Source of the DNA: a virus | Lineage: Duplodnaviria > Caudoviricetes | Length of the DNA: 54,168 nucleotides | Direction: 5' to 3' (one strand) | Virus record (IMG/VR): IMGVR_UViG_3300042197_001558 | Location: 1 to 54,168 of that record | In this document: one piece after another, positions 45,531 through 53,921 of the stretch | Layout of the letters: each line of letters begins with the position of its first letter | Position numbering within the stretch: the stretch's first letter is position 1 | Notes under the pieces: model-generated | What the model was told of the DNA's origin: nothing | Database searches by the model: none | The model's input: only the letters and a program-made list of their open reading frames with translations | Program-made: the position numbers and the translations under genes

Positions 45531-46562
45531 ATGTCTAAGAAGTATGATACACTTGTATTCGTGGCGCGACTACAACCCATACATAACGCCCATGTAACAA
45601 TTATCAAGATGGCCATGGCAATGGCTCGTCAGGTAATTGTTATTGTGGGCAGTGCTCATCAAGCCCGTACCTTCAAGAATCCATTCACCAGCCATGAGCG
45701 TGAATGTATGATCATTGATGCCCTGCGTGATACCGAAGAAGAATACGATTGTAGCCTGCGTATTGAACATAATATTGATACCATCTACAACGATCAGGCC
45801 TGGATGATCCGTGTCCAACAACTGGTAGGCAAACATACACTGGGCATGACCAAGATTGGACTGATTGGACATGACAAGGACGAAAGCAGTTTCTATCTCA
45901 AGTGGTTCCCGACTTGGGCCCGTGAAGAAGTAGAACTGCTGGAGCCACTGAATGCTACAAACATTCGTGATCTATATTTCCGGCGTGATGTCAATCTAAA
46001 GTTTTTGGAGCGTGTTGTACCAGCAAGCACACTCAACACACTGGCTAACTTCATGACCACGCCAGCATTTGAACAAATTGTTCGTGAGCGTGAATTCATC
46101 GCACAGTACCGTAAGCAATATGAAAGCCTACCATATCCGCCCATCTTTGTTACAGCGGATGCCGTGGTAATCCAAAATGGTCATGTGCTAATGATCAAGC
46201 GTCGTAGTGAACCTGGTCGTGGGTTGTGGGCATTGCCTGGTGGATTTGTCAATGCTCGTAGTGACCGTAGCGTGGAGGATGCTGCTATTCGTGAACTGCG
46301 TGAAGAAACTGGTATCAAGGTTCCTGTGCCCGTGTTGCGTGGTAGCATTGTGCGTAGTAAGGTGTTTGATGCGGTGGAACGAAGTGCCCGTGGTCGTACA
46401 ATTACACATGCCTATTTCATTGTGTTGACAGGTGAAGAATTGCCTAAGGTCAAGGGTGCCGATGATGCTGAAAAGGCTCGTTGGGTTCCTATTGCCGAAG
46501 TCAAGAGTGATGAATGCTTTGAGGATCATTGGGAAATTATTCAACATTTTGTAGGAGCTTGA
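45531..46562 (+). CDS. nadM: bifunctional NMN adenylyltransferase/ADP-ribose pyrophosphatase (NadM-Nudix)
   Basis: RLQPIHNAH, VGS..KNPF, Nudix box GGFV..AAIRELREETG. Confidence 0.92.
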   Translation: MSKKYDTLVFVARLQPIHNAHVTIIKMAMAMARQVIVIVGSAHQARTFKNPFTSHERECMIIDALRDTEEEYDCSLRIEHNIDTIYNDQAWMIRVQQLVGKHTLGMTKIGLIGHDKDESSFYLKWFPTWAREEVELLEPLNATNIRDLYFRRDVNLKFLERVVPASTLNTLANFMTTPAFEQIVREREFIAQYRKQYESLPYPPIFVTADAVVIQNGHVLMIKRRSEPGRGLWALPGGFVNARSDRSVEDAAIRELREETGIKVPVPVLRGSIVRSKVFDAVERSARGRTITHAYFIVLTGEELPKVKGADDAEKARWVPIAEVKSDECFEDHWEIIQHFVGA

Positions 46563-46564
46563 AG

Positions 46565-46927
46565 ATGCCGTGTCGTGATTACTATGATGATCATCCTGAA
46601 AAATATTTCAAGGATGTTACTGAGCCTGCGCTAAAGAAACAGATTGCTTTTGCTGAAAGTGCGCTATGTCAAACATTGGCAGATTTTGAGCGAGTTTTAA
46701 CTGCCTTACATGAGGCACATCCTGATATCTATGAACTATCTCCGAAACCACTTGATCATATTAACTATACAGAAGCAGGCATCACTCGTAAGGAACTTGA
46801 ACGGTGGTGGAAGCAGCATAAGAAGTTGGATGCACAGCATCGTGAAGCAGAGCGGCTAAAGAAGATCAGAGAATCTGCACTGTCTAAACTCAGTGAAGAA
46901 GAAAGAAAGGTATTGGGAGTAAATTAA
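46565..46927 (+). CDS. hypothetical protein (MPC..WW..H...D family)
   Basis: AGGAG SD; ends ALSKLSEEERKVLG, like the 26357 gene. Confidence 0.75.
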   Translation: MPCRDYYDDHPEKYFKDVTEPALKKQIAFAESALCQTLADFERVLTALHEAHPDIYELSPKPLDHINYTEAGITRKELERWWKQHKKLDAQHREAERLKKIRESALSKLSEEERKVLGVN

Positions 46928-47148
46928 TGAAGGAACGAATCCGTGACCTACAAATTCAAGCCTTTGCTGAATGTAAAACATTCGAGGACAATAAGGTTAG
47001 AACTGATGAAGTGTTTGAACGATTTGCCGAACTAATTGTGCGGGAATGTTGCGACATTGCCTATGAACATGACGCACCAAAAATGAGTGGTCCTGGTATG
47101 ATTATTGCCGGTAGGATCAAACAACATTTTGAAGTTGAAAATGATTAA
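46927..47148 (+). CDS. MNERI/HFGVEE family paralog
   Basis: MKERIRDL..ERFAELIVREC..IKQHFEVE. Confidence 0.8.
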   Translation: MKERIRDLQIQAFAECKTFEDNKVRTDEVFERFAELIVRECCDIAYEHDAPKMSGPGMIIAGRIKQHFEVEND

Positions 47149-47164
47149 ACATACAACTGTCTAA

Positions 47165-47461
47165 ATGAGTATAACTATGGGAAGATCTCTAATTCCAAAT
47201 GTTGGTACGGTGTCGGATCAATTGATGGCCAAAGACCGTTTGATGATCATGATCTGCCAGTGGCATAGGAATGGCACATCATTCAATAATCGTCATTGGC
47301 GTAACGATGTTCCAGACATTGATCTAGATCGACTAGAGCGTGAATGTGGAATTAGATTTCGTAGATGGAATACACCGTGGGCAAATAATTTATATCAAGT
47401 AGCAGATTTTGAAGTGATAGATGAAAAAATCTATGCATGGTTCTTATTGAAGTATGCTTAG
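47165..47461 (+). CDS. hypothetical protein
   Basis: Ends FEVIDEKIYAWFLLKY. Confidence 0.65.
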   Translation: MSITMGRSLIPNVGTVSDQLMAKDRLMIMICQWHRNGTSFNNRHWRNDVPDIDLDRLERECGIRFRRWNTPWANNLYQVADFEVIDEKIYAWFLLKYA

Positions 47462-47465
47462 TCGG

Positions 47466-47494
47466 TTGACACAAAAATGGGTTTGTGTTACACT
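47466..47494 (+). promoter_or_regulatory. early promoter
   Basis: TTGACA-N17-TACACT. Confidence 0.8.
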
Positions 47495-47501
47495 GTGTTT
47501 A

Positions 47502-47550
47502 GTTCGGTGATAGACACTGAACATTTTAGATAAAAGGAGTTTTTATCATG
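47502..47550 (+). promoter_or_regulatory. candidate cis-regulatory leader (GATAGAC hairpin and RBS hairpin), copy 2
   Basis: GTTCGGT-GATAGAC-ACTGAAC; GATAAAA-GGAGT-TTTTATC-ATG. Confidence 0.7.
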
Positions 47551-48918
47551 AGTATTAGTAAGTCAATTTTGTTTAATGTAGATAGTTACAAAGTATCAAT
47601 GCACTGTCAAATGCCACCAGGTACTACTGGTGTATACAGTTACATTGAAAGCCGTGGTGGTGAATATGATCGCACTGTATTCTTTGGGCTTCAAGCGTTC
47701 ATTAAAGAATATCTAACCGTGCCCATCACACAAGATGAAATCAATCTTGCGGATGAAATTCTTACAGCGCATGGAGAGCCATTCAACCGAGCAGGTTGGC
47801 AACACATTCTGGATCAACATGGTGGTTATCTCCCAGTTGTTATTCGTGCTGTTCCTGAGGGTACGGTAGTCGGTACTAAGAATGTATTGGCAACCGTTGA
47901 GAACACTGATCCAGCAGTGCCCTGGCTAACCACCTGGTTGGAAACTGCCCTGCTCCGTGCTGTTTGGTATCCTACTACGGTAGCAACTCGTAGCTGGCAT
48001 ATTCGTCAAACTATTCTCAAGTATTTGGAGGAAACTGGTGACCCTTCTGGCATTGACTTCAAGTTGCATGACTTCGGAGCCCGCGGTGTTTCTAGTTTGG
48101 AAAGCGCGGGCATTGGCGGAGCCGCTCACCTTGTCAACTTTATGGGCACGGATACAATTTCTGGTATCCTTTATGCTCGTGAGTACTATAACGCTGGCAT
48201 TGCTGGCTTTAGTATTCCTGCCGCAGAACACTCAACCATCACCAGTTGGGGCCGTGACGGAGAAGTAGATGCTTATAGAAACATGCTCACTCAATTTGCT
48301 CGCCCCGGTTCTATCCTCGCTGTCGTTAGTGATAGTTACGATATCTACAACGCTGCCGGAAAACTCTGGGGAGAAGAACTTCGCCAACAAGTCATTGACA
48401 GTGGTGCTACTGTTGTTATTCGCCCTGATAGTGGCGATCCTGTGGAAGTCAACCGTCGGTTGATCCAAATCCTTGGTGAAAAGTTCGGCTATACTGTTAA
48501 CGCCAAGGGTTACAAGGTTCTTAAGTATGTCCGTATCATTCAAGGTGACGGTGTGAACGAGACCAGTATTCTAGCCATTCTTGAAATGCTTAAGGATGGT
48601 GGTTGGAGTGTTGACAACATGGCATTTGGTATGGGTGCTGAGTTGGGTCAAAAGGTAAATCGTGATACGCTAAAGTTTGCCATGAAGGCATCGGCGGTAT
48701 GTATCAACGGTGAATGGGTGCCTATCAGTAAGGACCCTATAACTGACCCAGGCAAGCGTAGCAAGACTGGTCGTGTTACACTATATCGTGGTCATGATGG
48801 CAGTTATCACAGTGGTGTGGAAGATTGGCCCCAGAGTGCCCTTGAAACGGTATATGAAAACGGTCGTTTGATCCGTGACATGACCTTTGAACAAGTTCGC
48901 AAGAACGCTCGTGGTTAA
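47548..48918 (+). CDS. nadV: nicotinamide phosphoribosyltransferase
   Basis: DSYK.S, LHDFGARG, PAAEHS, VSDSYD, IRPDSGDP, IIQGDG. Confidence 0.92.
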   Translation: MSISKSILFNVDSYKVSMHCQMPPGTTGVYSYIESRGGEYDRTVFFGLQAFIKEYLTVPITQDEINLADEILTAHGEPFNRAGWQHILDQHGGYLPVVIRAVPEGTVVGTKNVLATVENTDPAVPWLTTWLETALLRAVWYPTTVATRSWHIRQTILKYLEETGDPSGIDFKLHDFGARGVSSLESAGIGGAAHLVNFMGTDTISGILYAREYYNAGIAGFSIPAAEHSTITSWGRDGEVDAYRNMLTQFARPGSILAVVSDSYDIYNAAGKLWGEELRQQVIDSGATVVIRPDSGDPVEVNRRLIQILGEKFGYTVNAKGYKVLKYVRIIQGDGVNETSILAILEMLKDGGWSVDNMAFGMGAELGQKVNRDTLKFAMKASAVCINGEWVPISKDPITDPGKRSKTGRVTLYRGHDGSYHSGVEDWPQSALETVYENGRLIRDMTFEQVRKNARG

Positions 48919-48945
48919 AAGATAGAGGCCTTGTGCCTCTATCTT
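48919..48945 (+). terminator. intrinsic terminator
   Basis: AAGATAGAGGC-CTTGT-GCCTCTATCTT. Confidence 0.8.
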
Positions 48946-48961
48946 ATTTTAGGAATTTGTA

Positions 48962-49384
48962 ATGAAAGAATGGAGTCATCTGCCTAATGCCCATCATATT
49001 GATTGGGTGTTGGCTTCATTGAAAGAAAACCCAGAATTCTGGTCTGCGGCTTGGGGTGGGGCTTGGGATGCTGCTAGGGCTGCGGCTTGGGATGCGGCTT
49101 GGGATGCGACTTGGTCTGCGGCCAGGGGTGCGGCTTGGTCTGCGGCTTGGGATGCGGCTCGGTCTGCGGCCAGGGGTGCGGCTAGGGCTGCTGCTAGTGT
49201 TGCGGCGGGGGATGCGATTTCCGCACTTGTTGCATATGATGACTGCGATCAATTCCTGTCTATGTCATATGAGAGATTAAAAGTTTGGGCTATTCTCAGT
49301 GAAGATCCCCGAGCCGTATTACTACTTCCAATGATCTATGTAAGGGAAAAACTAAATGAGCAATGCATGGTCACACCTGCCTAA
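48962..49384 (+). CDS. Ala-rich AAW(D/S)/AAR repeat protein, copy 1
   Basis: WSHLPNAHHID, 4-aa repeats, ALVAYDDC. Confidence 0.8.
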   Translation: MKEWSHLPNAHHIDWVLASLKENPEFWSAAWGGAWDAARAAAWDAAWDATWSAARGAAWSAAWDAARSAARGAARAAASVAAGDAISALVAYDDCDQFLSMSYERLKVWAILSEDPRAVLLLPMIYVREKLNEQCMVTPA

Positions 49385-49742
49385 TGCCCATCATATTGAT
49401 TGGGTATTGGAGTCTGTAAAAGAAAACCCAAAATTATGGGTTGCGGCTTTGAATGCGGCTTGTAATGCGGCTTGGAATGCGGCTTTGGGTGCAGTTCGGG
49501 GCGCGGCCTGGGATGCGGCTAGATCCGCGGCTTGGGATGCGGCTAGTGATGCTGCTTTGGATACTGCCCAGGATGCGATTGCTGCGCTAGTTGCCTATGA
49601 TGACTGCGATCAATTTCTGGCTATGACTTACGAAAAACTCCGTGTTTGGGCTATACTCAGTGAAGATCACCGAGCAGTATTGCTACTTCCAATGGTCTAT
49701 GTAAAGGAGAAATTGGCTAACCTGACCCTACAACCTGCTTGA
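49356..49742 (+). CDS. Ala-rich repeat protein, copy 2
   Basis: Tandem paralog of the previous gene. Confidence 0.8.
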   Translation: MSNAWSHLPNAHHIDWVLESVKENPKLWVAALNAACNAAWNAALGAVRGAAWDAARSAAWDAASDAALDTAQDAIAALVAYDDCDQFLAMTYEKLRVWAILSEDHRAVLLLPMVYVKEKLANLTLQPA

Positions 49743-49773
49743 TTTTAATAGTAAAATACTGTAACATGTCTAC

Positions 49774-50076
49774 ATGAAGAACATCAAACGAACACCAGAC
49801 GCCCAACCTCTAAATGATTGGAATTTGCTACTAATATTGGTATATAGTCCGGGAAATCGTATTCCCACTATTGCCTGTCTTTGCGAGTCATACGAAGTAG
49901 ATGATGACGGTGTTTTAAGTATTTTTTGTGATGATGCCACAACCATAGTTGAAGATTACAGTTGGTATCAGGTATTTAACGGTACTAATGAAGAATTTAC
50001 TAAACTAAGCACAGATATTGAAAATTTTGTAAACAATCTACAGGAGCAAACAGGTGAAACAACAATGGACCGATAA
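49774..50076 (+). CDS. hypothetical protein
   Basis: Intact ORF. Confidence 0.6.
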   Translation: MKNIKRTPDAQPLNDWNLLLILVYSPGNRIPTIACLCESYEVDDDGVLSIFCDDATTIVEDYSWYQVFNGTNEEFTKLSTDIENFVNNLQEQTGETTMDR

Positions 50077-50515
50077 CCAATACGATGAATTTGAAGAAAA
50101 GATGACCACCGCTTTTCCCAAAATGTTCTCAAATCCTTACGGTGGTTTTGCGGTTGGCGCAGGTTGGTGGCCAATCATTGAAAGTCTTTGCCGTAACATT
50201 CAAGGTCATCTTGATAATCGTGAACGCACTAGGGAAGCATTGCTAAAAAATAATCCACACAATATTAGTATTCCAGATACCATCCCGCAAGTTGTTGTAG
50301 CACAAATTAAAGAAAAGTTTGGTGGACTACGCTTTTACTACGACGGTGGTGACGAATATATTAGTGGTATGGTTCGCATGGCAGAAAGTTGGGCAGGGAA
50401 TACCTGTGAAGAATGCGGTGTGCCAGGTGAACTCCGTATGGGCGGATGGATCCGTACCTTGTGTGATCATCATGAAGCGGAACGGCAAAGGCATCAAAAT
50501 GAAACTACTGTGTGA
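50054..50515 (+). CDS. conserved phage protein (QIKEKFGGLRFY, CxxC)
   Basis: Motifs; AGGAG SD. Confidence 0.8.
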   Translation: MKQQWTDNQYDEFEEKMTTAFPKMFSNPYGGFAVGAGWWPIIESLCRNIQGHLDNRERTREALLKNNPHNISIPDTIPQVVVAQIKEKFGGLRFYYDGGDEYISGMVRMAESWAGNTCEECGVPGELRMGGWIRTLCDHHEAERQRHQNETTV

Positions 50516-50654
50516 CGACATACAAGGTATCTATGTGTGGGTTGAAGAACACGATGAAAACATTGAATTAAGCCCACATTTTGACTATGAAGAAGACGCT
50601 GTTCTATGGCGTGAACGAGTAAGTAAACTACTCAAGGATAACAAACATGAGTGA
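50499..50654 (+). CDS. small LSPxF family protein
   Basis: ELSPHFDYEEDA; paralog of the N-terminal part of the 40136 gene. Confidence 0.65.
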   Translation: MKLLCDDIQGIYVWVEEHDENIELSPHFDYEEDAVLWRERVSKLLKDNKHE

Positions 50655-50943
50655 TTTTCAAGTATCCGATGTTGGCACAGTAGAAAAACTACAAGTGAGG
50701 ATTGGTCGTCTTCTCAAGAAAATTGATAAACTAAAACAGCAACGAGACCACTACAAAGAACAACACAGCCATTATGCCCATATTATTGAAATGCAGCCAT
50801 ACATTGAGCGTAGATGGAAATCTTATACCGAAGAAGTTGAAAAGCGAAAATATCATCAACAAAATGCCAAAACAGTAGTAGAGCAATCCAAATTGATTGA
50901 AATGTTGATGAAAGAAAATGAACAGTTACGCAGTAAATTATGA
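50647..50943 (+). CDS. coiled-coil hypothetical protein
   Basis: AAGGA SD. Confidence 0.7.
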   Translation: MSDFQVSDVGTVEKLQVRIGRLLKKIDKLKQQRDHYKEQHSHYAHIIEMQPYIERRWKSYTEEVEKRKYHQQNAKTVVEQSKLIEMLMKENEQLRSKL

Positions 50944-52100
50944 TTAGAGATAAAGAGTATTTTGTATCTTACTTAAAAGATAATCAAACTCTACTTCCAT
51001 TTGAAGAGTGGAAGAAAAATACAAATTTATATAAAATTTGGACTCAACGAGTTGATGACGATGATATCCGTTATAAACTGTGTAATGGTGATGTTAATAC
51101 ATTTGTAAGCCATGTTTATACTTTCTTAGAAAGTAATCTAGACAATTTTCTATATAGAGTTTATGATAGTTCTTTTTCAGATAGGGGTTTTAGTCCTATA
51201 GAGAAAATAGCCAGTGATAGTGATAGCGTTTCGAGCAAATCAAATAATTCTGGATATTTCAGAAATATTTGTATGGAAGAAATTGTTGAATGTGGCGGCG
51301 ACAATGATATTTCCCTATCAATAAAAACAGCAATAGAAAAAACATTAAAGGGGCAGGTTAGAAAATGCTTCTTTATGCCATCTGTTTATGAGGATGTACA
51401 CAATAATCGTATTGGTTCAAATATGGTGTTGTCTTTTAACAAATCATGTAAACTGGCCTCAATACTATCACCTAATGTATATCACTATCTATTGAAGACT
51501 TTGATAGGACATTCTGAACAGAAACCCAAGGATATATTATTTTCAACAGCATCGTGGTGTGTACCGGTTATTGCGGTTGAGAATTTAGGCTACGAAAATG
51601 TATCAATCGTGGATGTTCAGACCGAAGTTTTGAAAAAGTGCGAACAAGTTTGGAAAACAAGACAAGAACAATCATTATTTGAATTTGGTGATTATAACTT
51701 GAATACATATTGTGTTCCCAGTGAACTAATGGACCAAGTAATAACACAAAAATATGATCATATTATATCCTGTCCTCCATATTATGATTTAGAAATATAT
51801 TCTGGCAGCGATCAACAATCTACTGATTTATATAAAACATATGAGGAGTGGTTGGAGAAATATTGGCGACAAACGGTAATTGCCAGTAAGAGTCTGTTGA
51901 AAGAAAATGGCATATTTGCGTTTATCATGGGACATAACATTAGATATCGTTTCATGGCAAATGACATGATAGAGATTGTCAAGCAAGAAAGATTACAATT
52001 AATAAATCAAATAAAGATTATGCCTAAAAAGAAAACAAACTCTATACATTCATCTTCAATTGAAAAATATGAAGTCTGCTCTTACTTTATACCGATCTAA
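50940..52100 (+). CDS. putative amino (N4/N6) DNA methyltransferase
   Basis: ISCPPYYDLEIYS..Y..WLE...LKENG; degenerate SAM-binding motif. Confidence 0.65.
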   Translation: MIRDKEYFVSYLKDNQTLLPFEEWKKNTNLYKIWTQRVDDDDIRYKLCNGDVNTFVSHVYTFLESNLDNFLYRVYDSSFSDRGFSPIEKIASDSDSVSSKSNNSGYFRNICMEEIVECGGDNDISLSIKTAIEKTLKGQVRKCFFMPSVYEDVHNNRIGSNMVLSFNKSCKLASILSPNVYHYLLKTLIGHSEQKPKDILFSTASWCVPVIAVENLGYENVSIVDVQTEVLKKCEQVWKTRQEQSLFEFGDYNLNTYCVPSELMDQVITQKYDHIISCPPYYDLEIYSGSDQQSTDLYKTYEEWLEKYWRQTVIASKSLLKENGIFAFIMGHNIRYRFMANDMIEIVKQERLQLINQIKIMPKKKTNSIHSSSIEKYEVCSYFIPI

Positions 52101-52101
52101 T

Positions 52102-52302
52102 ATGAATAATACCGATGTAATCACAGTGATGCGTCGTAGATGTGAAGCAATGATATTATCCATGGTAGGTGCTGAAATGGCACCTGATTGGTGGAATCGT
52201 AAAAACTATGCTTTTGATGGCAGAACACCTAATGAAATGTTTGAACAAGATCCAGAAAGAGTATACCGATATATTTGTGGTCATGTAGACGGTTATTGGT
52301 AA
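52102..52302 (+). CDS. Xre/MbcA/ParS C-terminal (DUF2384)-like protein
   Basis: WWNRKNYAFDGRTP..M....V..Y. Confidence 0.6.
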   Translation: MNNTDVITVMRRRCEAMILSMVGAEMAPDWWNRKNYAFDGRTPNEMFEQDPERVYRYICGHVDGYW

Positions 52303-52314
52303 TAAATAAGAAAA

Positions 52315-52542
52315 ATGAGATACTTTAGTTATAACGAATATGCCCCAGATAGTCCACTAGCAGATAGCAGTGGTGGATATGTTGTTACTAAATCAGAAGA
52401 AGAAATCATACGAGAATATTGGCCATACTGGTATGAACAAATGTGTAAACGGTATGAACAATCCTATGTGGATGAAACATATTCACATTTAGATTGTATT
52501 GAAGATTGGTGTGTAGTACATTGGGCATGGGAAAGTAAATAG
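52315..52542 (+). CDS. hypothetical protein
   Basis: YWPYW..CIEDWCVVHWA. Confidence 0.75.
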   Translation: MRYFSYNEYAPDSPLADSSGGYVVTKSEEEIIREYWPYWYEQMCKRYEQSYVDETYSHLDCIEDWCVVHWAWESK

Positions 52543-52558
52543 TCAGATAAATATCTTA

Positions 52559-53911
52559 ATGCGAATTAAAGATATCCTAGAAGCCCGTAAGAATCCAGAA
52601 CAAAATCCCAAAACATCTGTTAATGATGTCATATACGATGAATTCTTGAAGATGAAAGGGGACAAATCTGGTGGCACCATTGCTGGTGTTACTAATCTAT
52701 TTGTTAGTTTTACTGCTATACCAAAATTAGGTATTAATCCAGGCAGTACCTACAATACTCCCAATGGCATATATGCTTATCCAGCAGAATATGTGATGAA
52801 GGTGGCTGGCACAGATGATCCAATGAATATGTTACCATTCGCAGGTGATCAACCCTGGGTTAATTTGTTTACAGTGGCAAATAATGTAATTAATGTCAGA
52901 ACCTTAAACAAAACCGATTATAAAATGTATATCAACGATTTAGAAAAAAAATTCGTTGAATCTGGTATAATGTCATCAAACAAATTTAAAGTAATCGTTG
53001 ATAATGCTGATACCGATGCCGCAAGAGCAGATTATTGGGGCGGACAGTTATGGTATGTAACCATGAAGATCGCAGAATATTTGACCACAAAACGAGGTGG
53101 TCAACGAAACAATAACTGGAATGCGGTATGGCGTCGTATAGGTATAGTTGGTGCGGTAGATACCGGTGCTGGAATTATTCATGAAGGTGAACCCACACAA
53201 GCAGTATTTTTTGATCCAAGAGAAATTGATGTCTTAACCCGCGTGGCAAACAAATATAGTCCAGAAAAAATGCGCTATCGTCAAAGACTGGGCTTTAGAC
53301 AGGCAGATAAGAGATATAGACAACTTGAGGAATTACGCACTTTCCTTCAAACAAAACCTTCTGTAGCAGATCTAATGGACTGGTTAAATCAAACTGCGGA
53401 TCGTTGGGATTTATTCCCTCGTCTGCCCAAAGAATACAGACATAGAATGCTATCTAAATTCTCACATTATTTAACTTTCTTTCCAGGTGGAAAAATACCG
53501 CGAGAAGATTATTTGGCCGCATTGACCAATAATCCATTACAAACTTTAGACCTCTATGCTTCAAATAATAAATTACAAAAATGGTATAATTTCGTAAATC
53601 AACAACAATTAGCAGCAATATTGGAAAATTGGCGTCTTAAGAATCCAACTTATGGCAAAGACAATTACACCAAAATTTGGGAATTGATGCGTAGTATTGT
53701 TAACCCAAATAGTTTTCGGATTGATAAAACATTTAAGATGCATCCTGATTTAGCAAAAGTATTGTTGAAGTTTAATCCAGAAATAATTATTGAAATTATT
53801 CAGATGAACAATAGCCCAGAGATAATTGATTTTGCTAGGCAGGTAGCAGAAGAACAAAATAATTTCTCTGCTCTGAGATTCATCAATAATATTGGCAAGC
53901 AACAATCATAA
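52559..53911 (+). CDS. late, possibly virion-internal protein
   Basis: ATAAATA upstream; MRIKDILE; KLGINP..TPNGIYAYP; D.G.GIIH..EP.QAVFF. Confidence 0.75.
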   Translation: MRIKDILEARKNPEQNPKTSVNDVIYDEFLKMKGDKSGGTIAGVTNLFVSFTAIPKLGINPGSTYNTPNGIYAYPAEYVMKVAGTDDPMNMLPFAGDQPWVNLFTVANNVINVRTLNKTDYKMYINDLEKKFVESGIMSSNKFKVIVDNADTDAARADYWGGQLWYVTMKIAEYLTTKRGGQRNNNWNAVWRRIGIVGAVDTGAGIIHEGEPTQAVFFDPREIDVLTRVANKYSPEKMRYRQRLGFRQADKRYRQLEELRTFLQTKPSVADLMDWLNQTADRWDLFPRLPKEYRHRMLSKFSHYLTFFPGGKIPREDYLAALTNNPLQTLDLYASNNKLQKWYNFVNQQQLAAILENWRLKNPTYGKDNYTKIWELMRSIVNPNSFRIDKTFKMHPDLAKVLLKFNPEIIIEIIQMNNSPEIIDFARQVAEEQNNFSALRFINNIGKQQS

Positions 53912-53921
53912 ATAGAATATC

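Noticed and set aside
19089-47494. Recurring 30-40 bp repeats as a CRISPR array
   Set aside because: They are promoter/leader sequences separated by whole genes at irregular spacing; no cas genes seen
48962-49742. Diversity-generating retroelement TR/VR pair
   Set aside because: Differences are not adenine-specific, both copies are ORFs, and there is no reverse transcriptase in the window
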